A DNA stretch of 32,000 nucleotides from Candidatus Saccharimonadota bacterium (GTDB lineage Archaea; Micrarchaeota; Micrarchaeia; Micrarchaeales; Micrarchaeaceae), in the NCBI GenBank assembly GCA_963705375.1, contig OY970071.1, forward strand, positions 300,001 to 332,000. Direction: 5' to 3'. Both the position numbers and the translations under genes were made by a program. Positions 15,898 through 24,075 of this stretch are shown here, one piece after another. The first letter of the stretch is position 1, and every line of letters begins with the position of its first letter. The notes under the pieces are model-generated. The model had not been told where the DNA came from, ran no database searches, and saw only the letters and a list, made by a program, of their open reading frames with translations.

Positions 15898-18669
15898 ATG
15901 GGCAATAGAAATCGTATATTAGTGGGATTGCTGCTTCTTCTCGTGTTAAGCACGTGCGCACCTTTGGTTTCTGCAACTGGTGCGGCTCTGGTTACAATCA
16001 CACCAAACACTGTGATAAAAACGTATGCGGGCCAGAGCACCACGTTCACAACGACAGCGACCCGCTTTATCAATCCTTCATACTTTTGGTCCGTGAATGC
16101 GCCGACAGTTTGCCCGGGCTATGCGCTTTCGGCAAACACGGCATCTTCATTCACATACACTCCAAATTCGAACACACCTTCATGCAAATTAAACGTATTG
16201 GCAACAGAACAGACTTCGGTAAACGTCTCAGGAACGACTTTTGCAGATGCGGGCCAGATGATCACGCTGACTGCGACTCCGGCAAACTATGGTGCGACTA
16301 CCCTATCATACCAGTGGTACAATAGTAGCTCAGGGACTATATCAGGAGCGACATCCAACGTGTACACCGCTACGGCAGGATCCATAGGCACATTCAATTA
16401 TTATGTGACAATTAGAGGCAATGGCGCGTCGGTCACCTCAAACATGGTTACAGTAGTGGCAAACACGGTCTTGAATGCAGGAACAGTTTCACCCGCTTCA
16501 CCAACGATAGACAGCGGCCAATCGATAACATTGACAGCAAACCCATCAGGAGGCACCAAGGTCGCTAATTTCTCGGGCTTCAATCATCCCCATGGGCTCG
16601 CCTTCTCACCAGATGGAAAAACACTGTACGTTGCGAATTACAGGGGTGCGTCAATCTCGGTGGTCAACACATCTACTGGAGTTATTGTCGGGACACTCAA
16701 CGACCGTGGTGGAGACCTCGGCTGTGGTGAAGGTCTGGAAGACCTAGTGCTCTCTCCAAATGGAAACAGCATATATGTAGTAAACAATGAATGTGGAGAC
16801 ATCCCGGTAGTAAACACATCGACAGGACGCATCATAAATACATTATCCAGCTTTACTGGAGGTAATTTATACGGAATAGCGATATCGCCAAATGGCAACA
16901 CCCTGTATCTTTCATTTACCAACCCCAATCCTTACATCTCAATAATAAATACGTCATCAGGGAACCAGATCGGGACTGTAAATGCAGTATCCGGATCACA
17001 GCGCCCGCAAGGCATCGTTCTCGCCAACAATGGCAATACATTATACGTTGCCAACTCTAACAATAACACTGTTTCTGTAGTCAATCTTCTGACAAAGCAC
17101 ATAACCAACACTATTGCTAATTTGAATACGCCTGAAGGTGTAGCAATATCTCCTGATGGCTCAACACTCTATGTCTCGAACGATGGCAACAACACAGTCT
17201 CAGCCGTCAATGTCCTAACAAGAAGCATAGTTAACACAATAAGCATTTCCGGATTAAGCACGCCAAGAGGCATACTCGTCTCGCCTGATGGAAACACCAT
17301 ATACATAGCAAGCTACGAGGGCACAGTCTTTGTGACCCACCCATACACATACCTCTATCAATGGCATTCCGGCACCTCTTCATCATGTTCATCAGATACG
17401 ACCGCGCTCGGTACGGCACCGACACAAACAGTTTCTCCGACATCCAACACATATTACTGCTACTCTGCGACGGACTCCGCAACCATACCGGCAAACGCCA
17501 TCTCTGGCACCGACAAGGTGACAGTCAACCCAGTCTTACAAATAACCGCCAAGCCATCCACAACGATTACGATGGATGTAGGCCAATCGATACCTGTGAA
17601 TGCACTCGCCACAGGAGGCACAGGATCGTTCACATACGGCTACACATCGACAGGCACTGCGTGCACAGGATTCGCTTCAGGTTCGACCAATACAGTCACA
17701 TTTGCTCCGACAGTATCAGGCACATGTGCCTTCACCTTCACAGTCAATGACATTTATGCTTCCAATTCTGCAAGTACTGCAACCATAACGGTCAATCCTG
17801 CGATATCGATCACAAGCGTCTGGGCATCGAACAACATCGCAGACCAGGGCCAATTGGAGTTGATAACGGGTTCATGGACGGGAGGCACATCAGCATTCAC
17901 TGCAAACTTCTATGTCCAGAATGCGATCAACGGCAACGTGATTTCAGGCGTAGTCTCAGTTGCGACATCTCCGGCAACATTATCCTTCCAGATACCTCAG
18001 TCGAACGACGCATTAGGCGTACTTCGGACCACATTCACAGTGACGGACAGTGCGGGCAGTTCAGCATCGACGACCAACACATTTGGCGTCAATTCGCTGC
18101 TGGTTGCCTCTGCACCGACCGCAACCAATATGATAATAGACAACGGCCAATCCACGACATTCATGGCACACCCATCAGGAGGAACAACGGCATATTCATA
18201 CGTCTGGTATTTTGGCGCGTCTTCTAACTGCGCATCAGATATACCAGCACCTCCATCCAGCGGAACAGGAGTCCTAACATCGGCCTACACGACACAGCCA
18301 TCATCATCAACTACATACTACTGCTACCAGCTGACAGATAGCGCATCGACGAACAACGTCATATATTCCTCGGCAATACAGGTGACGGTCAATCCCACCA
18401 TACAAATAACTGCTCAACCATCCACACCAGTCCAGATCAATCAAGGCCAACCCCTACCCGTGAACGCGCTCGCCACAGGAGGCACAGGATCGTTCACATA
18501 CGGCTACACATCGACAGGCACTGCATGCACAGGATATGCCTCAGGTTCGACCAACACGCTCACATTCACGCCAGCAGGTGCAGGACAGTGCACTTTCACC
18601 TTCACAGCCAACGACATTTACACTTCCAATTCTGCAAGTACTGCAACCATTACAGTTGTCGTACCTTGA
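15898..18669 (+). CDS. secreted surface protein: signal peptide, Ig-like modules, YVTN-type beta-propeller, further Ig-like modules
   Basis: The N-terminal MGNRNRILVGLLLLLVLSTCAPLVSATG is signal-like. About six ~40-residue repeats of the type (A/V)ISP(D/N)G.TLYV.N...NTVSVVN....I..TI match the YVTN family. Flanking Thr/Ser-rich modules carry Y.WY..S..C..Y.C motifs. There are many N-x-S/T sequons and no C-terminal anchor. Confidence 0.85.
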   Translation: MGNRNRILVGLLLLLVLSTCAPLVSATGAALVTITPNTVIKTYAGQSTTFTTTATRFINPSYFWSVNAPTVCPGYALSANTASSFTYTPNSNTPSCKLNVLATEQTSVNVSGTTFADAGQMITLTATPANYGATTLSYQWYNSSSGTISGATSNVYTATAGSIGTFNYYVTIRGNGASVTSNMVTVVANTVLNAGTVSPASPTIDSGQSITLTANPSGGTKVANFSGFNHPHGLAFSPDGKTLYVANYRGASISVVNTSTGVIVGTLNDRGGDLGCGEGLEDLVLSPNGNSIYVVNNECGDIPVVNTSTGRIINTLSSFTGGNLYGIAISPNGNTLYLSFTNPNPYISIINTSSGNQIGTVNAVSGSQRPQGIVLANNGNTLYVANSNNNTVSVVNLLTKHITNTIANLNTPEGVAISPDGSTLYVSNDGNNTVSAVNVLTRSIVNTISISGLSTPRGILVSPDGNTIYIASYEGTVFVTHPYTYLYQWHSGTSSSCSSDTTALGTAPTQTVSPTSNTYYCYSATDSATIPANAISGTDKVTVNPVLQITAKPSTTITMDVGQSIPVNALATGGTGSFTYGYTSTGTACTGFASGSTNTVTFAPTVSGTCAFTFTVNDIYASNSASTATITVNPAISITSVWASNNIADQGQLELITGSWTGGTSAFTANFYVQNAINGNVISGVVSVATSPATLSFQIPQSNDALGVLRTTFTVTDSAGSSASTTNTFGVNSLLVASAPTATNMIIDNGQSTTFMAHPSGGTTAYSYVWYFGASSNCASDIPAPPSSGTGVLTSAYTTQPSSSTTYYCYQLTDSASTNNVIYSSAIQVTVNPTIQITAQPSTPVQINQGQPLPVNALATGGTGSFTYGYTSTGTACTGYASGSTNTLTFTPAGAGQCTFTFTANDIYTSNSASTATITVVVP
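17515..17800 (+). repeat. copy 1 of a ~285-nt intragenic module (Ig-like domain)
   Basis: Aligns with 18381-18666. The core 17605-17660 is 56/56 identical to 18469-18524. Confidence 0.85.
18381..18666 (+). repeat. copy 2 of the ~285-nt intragenic module
   Basis: See copy 1. Protein level: VTVNP..QITA.PST......GQ..PVNALATGGTGSFTYGYTSTGTACTG.ASGSTNT.TF.P...G.C.FTFT.NDIY.SNSASTATITV. Confidence 0.85.
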
Positions 18670-18686
18670 TTACGCGATATGATTCC

Positions 18687-19817
18687 ATGGACACTACAAA
18701 AACAAATGCGATGAAACATTTCCTCATGACCAGCCTTGTGGCCAGTGTGCTCATAGCGTGCATGATGAACATAAGAGTGGCTGCAGGCGCTCAAACAGCA
18801 ACAAACAACACCAATACCATAACAGCATACCTTTCACCTACACTCTCCATTTCGGCCAGCAGCACCAGCACATTGGTGTACCAAGGGGTCACGTTCACGG
18901 CAAACATACCCTCTGGGTTTGGACCATTCACTGTGAATCTGGTGCTATCAGGCGCTGTTGTTGGCACTGCAATAATACCGGCAGGCGGAGGCAGCAATAC
19001 GGTCTCGTACACGCCGACCAGCGCAGGCTCTTTCTCCTTTAACTTTATTGCCACAGACACTGGAACAACGACACCGTTCGTGTTCAACTCAGTGCCAATC
19101 ACAATAACAGTCGGCAATGCAGCCTCTTCTGGCGGAGGAGGAACACAGGCGACAACAACAGTGACAACAACCGTGACAACGACAGTCACCACCGTTGCGA
19201 CCACCACGATTGCATCAACAACCACAATACCGCAGATAGTCAACCAGACAGGCACCGTCAACACCATCTTCTCTAACTCAACCCCCGCAAGCTACAATAT
19301 CACAGGACTTGGCACCATCATACTGCTAACTACGACAGATTCAACAGGCAGCAACGTCCAGATCACATACAGCAACGCGACAGCATCGCCACCTGCACCT
19401 GCAAACTACACCAAACTCAATGCCATAAGCATCAATGTAACCACAAGCGCGAATACGACACTGATAGTCAAGATGACATACAACTGCTCTGTGCCAAGCG
19501 GCAGAGTGGCACCCTACATACTCAAGAACGGCACATGGACTGCCATAACATCGTTCACAGTAGATGATGCCTCATGCTCCGTGACATTCGCGATGCCTAA
19601 AGACCCCACTGTCGCACTCCTTGAGCGCCCAACACCGATCACAACTACAATCCCTACAACAATTGCGACCACGACCGTGGTGACCACAATAACGCAGCGT
19701 CAGAAACCTGCAACAAACTATACCGGCTACGCGGTCGGAATAGTGATCATAATCATCATAGTGGCAGCAGCGGTCGCAATCAGATCGATGAAGCGGTCAA
19801 ATCCAGCCAAGCGATGA
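18687..19817 (+). CDS. surface protein with signal peptide, Thr-rich linker and C-terminal transmembrane anchor
   Basis: The track ORF (18525) overlaps the upstream gene. ATG 18687 (or 18711) gives MDTTKTNAMKHFLMTSLVASVLIACMMNIRVAAGA, which is signal-like. The linker is TTTVTTTVTTTVTTVATTTIASTTTIP. The C-terminal GYAVGIVIIIIIVAAAVAIRSMKRSNPAKR is a TM segment plus basic tail. There are many N-x-S/T sequons. Confidence 0.8.
   Translation: MDTTKTNAMKHFLMTSLVASVLIACMMNIRVAAGAQTATNNTNTITAYLSPTLSISASSTSTLVYQGVTFTANIPSGFGPFTVNLVLSGAVVGTAIIPAGGGSNTVSYTPTSAGSFSFNFIATDTGTTTPFVFNSVPITITVGNAASSGGGGTQATTTVTTTVTTTVTTVATTTIASTTTIPQIVNQTGTVNTIFSNSTPASYNITGLGTIILLTTTDSTGSNVQITYSNATASPPAPANYTKLNAISINVTTSANTTLIVKMTYNCSVPSGRVAPYILKNGTWTAITSFTVDDASCSVTFAMPKDPTVALLERPTPITTTIPTTIATTTVVTTITQRQKPATNYTGYAVGIVIIIIIVAAAVAIRSMKRSNPAKR
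19151..19230 (+). repeat. 12-nt periodic ACN-rich repeat encoding the (TTTV)n linker
   Basis: Units: acaacaacagtg / acaacaaccgtg / acaacgacagtc / accaccgttgcg, and so on. Confidence 0.7.
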
Positions 19818-19848
19818 TTTTTCCGCACACTAACTCTTTGTTTTTCTA
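19818..19848 (+). terminator. oligo-T terminator after the surface-protein pair
   Basis: TTTTT follows the TGA stop directly, and a second GTTTTTC lies ~20 nt further on. Confidence 0.4.
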
Positions 19849-19972
19849 CGAAGAGACCGTGTGTCCTGATTTTTCGGAGATATTTGCGCCGTATTTATAG
19901 GCGCGTTTATTGACCGTCCCAGTAAGATTTACAAAATCGCAAAATCACGCAAATAAACCGCCGCAAACCAAG

Positions 19973-19987
19973 CATATAAGTATCTCC
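19973..19987 (+). promoter_or_regulatory. TATA-like box CATATAAGTATCTCC
   Basis: ~50 nt upstream of ATG 20032. The predicted leader contains a GAATACA..TGTATTC hairpin. Confidence 0.45.
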
Positions 19988-20031
19988 AGAATACATACTG
20001 AAATTGTATTCAGGTAGAAGGGCATTTTAAC

Positions 20032-21324
20032 ATGACCGTCATAATATCGGATATGCTTGCTACGAGACAGACGGACGGAAGAGCAGAAGAGATAAAACAC
20101 ATCCTAAGAACTCTGAATAAAGACGAGAAAAAGGCAGACGAACTATTTCTGAAGCACCAGTCATCAGGCGAGTTCGAAATAGAGTACAGCAAGTTAAGAG
20201 TTATGAATACCATTGGAAATCTGGTGGCTTCCAAAAGAATAAGCAAAGCGTCAAGAGTGGCTGAATTCTTCGGAAAGTGGGGAATAATAGGAAATGACGA
20301 CGTAGCGCCCTACAAGGACATGGCAATAAACGGGCTTGTGAGGTCTGTTGAGCTAGAGGGAGGATGCGCCGACGGAAGACTCAAGGACTTCGGGATGACG
20401 AAAGACGACGTAGAGCATTGCAAGTCAAAAGCCGAAGAGAGAGTCCGAACGCTTCTGGAGAACGGAAGGCTGATTGACATATGCCGCGCCACAATAATGA
20501 CAGAGTATTTCGGCCTTAACCTGGAAAGAGCAGAGTTCGGAGAGGCCTCAATACAAAAAGCAGTAGAGGCAGTCAGAACGCTTGTGAAGGGAGAGAATAC
20601 ACTCTTCGCCCTAAGAATATTCTCTGCCTTCAAACTAAAAAGAAGCGACGTAGAGCCGTTCATGCAGGAGATGATAACAGGGATCGCAGAGGTTGCGACG
20701 AAGCACGGCCACGTAGTGGGTTCATTATGTGCAGCCAAGCTTGTCGGACTGTCAGAAGAAGAATCCGAACAGGTAAGGCAGCTGGTGAAGGATGGACTTG
20801 AAGGCATGGTGGAGAATGAAGGGAATCCGAATACGGGATGGGTGGAAGCCCTCTTGACCGCAGCAAAGGTTTATGGGCTGAAAAGCGAAGCGGAACTCCT
20901 CGGACCGAACGTGATGAAGAAACTTTCATGGATTGTGTATCTAGGTCTGATAGATGTTGTCATGGAAGTAGAAGAGTATCTAGGGCTGCAAAAGAATAGC
21001 GTAAGGCTAGAAGTGATAGACGGAGTTGCTGTGCTCCTGAACAAACGAGACGAAGACGCGCGCTACGATGCCTATATGGCATGCCGTAAATATGGATTGG
21101 CGGCAGACTACGACACTGACGCGATAGTTACGGCACTCATGAGTAAAGGGGATTGGAGCGAAGCCAGCGCCAGACAAGCAGCAGCCTATGCCTTTGTACG
21201 GACAAGCGAGAAGACATCAATCTTTGTACGTGCACCCGAGAAGCAGGACCAAGTGGATGTAGAGGTAAGTGCAGAGGAGCTGCATGGACCTGCAAAAGCA
21301 GGGACAGTAGGCAAGGTGCCGTAA
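20032..21324 (+). CDS. alpha-helical ~40-residue repeat protein, unknown family (paralog A)
   Basis: 430 aa. About eight repeats marked by (F/Y/V)G(L/M)xxx(D/E) every ~40 residues: FGMTKDDV, FGLNLERAE, FKLKRSDVE, VGLSEEESE, YGLKSEAEL, LGLQKNSVR, YGLAADYDT. The C-terminal tail is GPAKAGTVGKVP. Confidence 0.7.
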   Translation: MTVIISDMLATRQTDGRAEEIKHILRTLNKDEKKADELFLKHQSSGEFEIEYSKLRVMNTIGNLVASKRISKASRVAEFFGKWGIIGNDDVAPYKDMAINGLVRSVELEGGCADGRLKDFGMTKDDVEHCKSKAEERVRTLLENGRLIDICRATIMTEYFGLNLERAEFGEASIQKAVEAVRTLVKGENTLFALRIFSAFKLKRSDVEPFMQEMITGIAEVATKHGHVVGSLCAAKLVGLSEEESEQVRQLVKDGLEGMVENEGNPNTGWVEALLTAAKVYGLKSEAELLGPNVMKKLSWIVYLGLIDVVMEVEEYLGLQKNSVRLEVIDGVAVLLNKRDEDARYDAYMACRKYGLAADYDTDAIVTALMSKGDWSEASARQAAAYAFVRTSEKTSIFVRAPEKQDQVDVEVSAEELHGPAKAGTVGKVP

Positions 21325-21514
21325 GAGTAAGGATGTTCTGCATTATGCAGCACCTCAGATACTTGGTCTATCCTAAGCGGACACAGCCATTGGCAGAGCT
21401 CCGCACCAGACACTGCAGACAGGCTTGTTACATTCTTCAAAGCCTTTCAAAAGCCGAAGCATATTAAAAGCAGGCACTGGATTCGCCCAATACGTAGACG
21501 TAATAAACCATCAG

Positions 21515-21528
21515 AAAGGTTTAAATAT
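21515..21528 (+). promoter_or_regulatory. BRE/TATA-like AAAGGTTTAAATAT
   Basis: Identical 14-mer to the box upstream of tfb. Its centre is ~25 nt upstream of ATG 21547 (leaderless geometry). Confidence 0.55.
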
Positions 21529-21546
21529 TTCTTCAGATGTGCAAGT

Positions 21547-22599
21547 ATGTGTGATGAAATGGTAAAACTTGCAACATGGAAACCAGGAGAAAGAGAAGGA
21601 CCAGCGGCACCGATGGGGCCAATGGTAGAAGCAGGACTCAGAGCGCCAATAGAAAGAGCAGGAGAAGCTGCCGCAAAAGCTCGAGAAAGAATGCAAGAAA
21701 TACTGAACGAGCTCGTCGCATATGAAGTGCACGAGATGCCTCCGGCGCCCAAAGCCTATGCTAGCGCGATGGCAAGCAGGGTGTTAAGTCGAATCCCCTC
21801 TGAAAGCTTTGATTTTGTAAGAGATAAGAGCTTAGGCCACATTAGCCGTGATTTGGATGCAAGAAATGCATCTGAAGTATACGCGCAGGAAGGCATTATA
21901 ACAAGAACACAAATAAATGAGATGGTTAGGGATAGAATTACAACAGCGGTGAATGCTGGCAGATTAGTGAACGCATTAACGATACTCGCTACGTGCGTCG
22001 GCATGAGTAGGAAGGAAGCGCAGCCGTTAGATGCCACCTTTGCGCCATACAGCGCGGAAATTCCAAATCTGCTGGAAAATATCGCAAGAGGCGGTAGCAA
22101 CATAATAAAGGGCAACGATAATGATCGGCTTTTCTATGTCGCCAACGCGGCCCATCTGTTGGATATTCGGAGAGATGCTTTCTCGGAAGAGTTCATTGAT
22201 AAATTTGTGAAACCACACATTGCGTCGATATGTGGAAGCGCTTTACGGTTTGATCTTGGAGCATATGCTGCGACTTGGTTCGGACTAAATGCGAAAGAAA
22301 GAAAAGAGATAGAAAATAAAGCACTGGAACTTGCAAGAGAAAGAAGTGCAGCTGAATCAATAGGCCGAACAATAGAAGAGGTCGCGAATATTCCATTATC
22401 CGAAAAAGCGAGGCAAATTCGCATAAAGATAGGACAGGAATTTGAAGCTCCAGAAGCGCAAGAAGTCAAAGGACCCACTATATTGGAGAGGGCCAAGGCC
22501 AAAGCAGGCACTCTCGGCAAAGAAAATCAAAAGAAGATTAAAAGGACCGCAGCTATGAAAGCGATTGAAAAGGAGCTGGAGGAGTTAAAGCCGAAGTAG
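21547..22599 (+). CDS. alpha-helical repeat protein, paralog B of 20032-21324
   Basis: 350 aa. It aligns with paralog A: AGRLVNALTILATCVGMSRKEAQ vs NGRLIDICRATIMTEYFGLNLERAE; LFYVANAAHLLDIRRDAFSEEF vs LFALRIFSAFKLKRSDVEPF; AATWFGLNAKERKEI vs AAKLVGLSEEESEQV. It shares the GP....AKAGTLGK tail motif, followed here by a Lys/Glu-rich extension. Confidence 0.7.
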   Translation: MCDEMVKLATWKPGEREGPAAPMGPMVEAGLRAPIERAGEAAAKARERMQEILNELVAYEVHEMPPAPKAYASAMASRVLSRIPSESFDFVRDKSLGHISRDLDARNASEVYAQEGIITRTQINEMVRDRITTAVNAGRLVNALTILATCVGMSRKEAQPLDATFAPYSAEIPNLLENIARGGSNIIKGNDNDRLFYVANAAHLLDIRRDAFSEEFIDKFVKPHIASICGSALRFDLGAYAATWFGLNAKERKEIENKALELARERSAAESIGRTIEEVANIPLSEKARQIRIKIGQEFEAPEAQEVKGPTILERAKAKAGTLGKENQKKIKRTAAMKAIEKELEELKPK

Positions 22600-22718
22600 A
22601 TGGGCACTCCTCAACGTCGTCTTTATTGTTCAGGCTCGGCCTCGTGTGCAGAGACGAGAGTAGCCACTGCTGTTCTGTGATGGCGACTTGTTCAGATTCT
22701 TGGTCAAAACACGACGGT

Positions 22719-24011
22719 CTAAGCGACAGTCACGCGCGCACCTCTGACAAGTATGCTCGGCATGAAGAAATGACCGTGGATGTCCCACGAAAAGGTCTGC
22801 ATAGTGTCGTTAGCCGCGCACTCGGTGTTCCGCATCATCCTAAGGAAGTTATCGCTAACCCTTATTCCGACCATTTCGTGCTCGGCACCGTGGATGCCGC
22901 GCTTGACGGCATACTTCGGCTCTCCGTGTTCTATGTACAGCGCAAGATCGCGAGGCACCGTTGAGAAGTCTCCAGTAAGATAGTTGCTGAACCGCGTATA
23001 CCACGTATTCGTTATCAATATACCCTTATCGATGCCTTCTATCAGTCTTTCGATGCCTTGCTCGCTTTTCTTGTGCTTGACTGCTAGCGTCCAAGGCCTG
23101 GGCCGTATAAGACCGGCATTGCCTGTGCTCTTTGTCTTGTATTTCGTGGCTGTTGAGAAGTTATGCAGATAGTTCTTGAGAACGCCGTCCTCTATGACAG
23201 GCGTGCGCTGCGTCTTTGTCCCCTCTTCATCAAAGGGCGCGGAGTCGACACCGGTCCGTATCGTGCCGTCGTCGTAGAGGGATAGATCCTTATTCGCGAC
23301 AACCTTCCCGAGCTTGCCCGCAAGCATGCTACCGGTTTCAACTTCGTCCATGCAGGCCGCGCTTGTGACATGGAACATCAGGGCACCTGCAGGCGATGGC
23401 AAGTATATGAGGTCATATTTGCCTTCGCGTATTCTGCCAGTCTTGTCGGTTAGGGCCAGCATTTCGGCTGCGCCTTTTGCTATGGCGCCAAAGCGCATGT
23501 TCTTGAGCGCTCTCGATGTGTGGGCGTCCTGGAAAGATACACCACCCTTGAACAGTCTGAGAGAGGTCGATATAGATGAACTCTTTGCGCTTGACGAGAA
23601 CCCGTTGCTTGTGGAGAGTTCGTAGTTTGAAAAGTCCGCAACGATGGTGCCTGCAACGTTAGTTGCTCCATTGGAAAGCGCACCGTTTATCGCTTCGTAC
23701 GCAAGATCGGAAAGCGTGTCGCAGGTGATTTGGCCGAGTTTGCGGTCATACGGCTGTGAGCTTCCGCGCTTGAAGCGGTCTTCGATACCATAATAATCGT
23801 TCTTTGGCGGCAGTTTCGGCATCGTCTGCTGTGCTTTTTTTATTGAAACAGCCACGCCATCCGAATCGAGAGTCTTGAGTGCGGTGAAGAACACTTTTCT
23901 GTCCTTTGAAACGAAGAGCGTACCGGACCTGTCCTGCTTTTCGACAATCGAATCGATGCGCGAGTTGGTTATTTTCAAGTACATGGCTCTGCGCGTGTTC
24001 ACTCCCGCCAC
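22719..24011 (-). CDS. pmbA: PmbA/TldE-family protein (TldD partner)
   Basis: TldD/PmbA-fold sequence lacking the HExxxH site, located immediately downstream of tldD. The track start is GTG 24011, but the conserved-looking N-terminus continues upstream to 24071 (see findings). Confidence 0.9.
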   Translation of the reverse strand: MAGVNTRRAMYLKITNSRIDSIVEKQDRSGTLFVSKDRKVFFTALKTLDSDGVAVSIKKAQQTMPKLPPKNDYYGIEDRFKRGSSQPYDRKLGQITCDTLSDLAYEAINGALSNGATNVAGTIVADFSNYELSTSNGFSSSAKSSSISTSLRLFKGGVSFQDAHTSRALKNMRFGAIAKGAAEMLALTDKTGRIREGKYDLIYLPSPAGALMFHVTSAACMDEVETGSMLAGKLGKVVANKDLSLYDDGTIRTGVDSAPFDEEGTKTQRTPVIEDGVLKNYLHNFSTATKYKTKSTGNAGLIRPRPWTLAVKHKKSEQGIERLIEGIDKGILITNTWYTRFSNYLTGDFSTVPRDLALYIEHGEPKYAVKRGIHGAEHEMVGIRVSDNFLRMMRNTECAANDTMQTFSWDIHGHFFMPSILVRGARVTVA

Positions 24012-24075
24012 AGCGTCGTCGAACCCTGCATTCTTGCACGAACGTACTATGCTTGTTGCATCTTCCTGAATTCAA

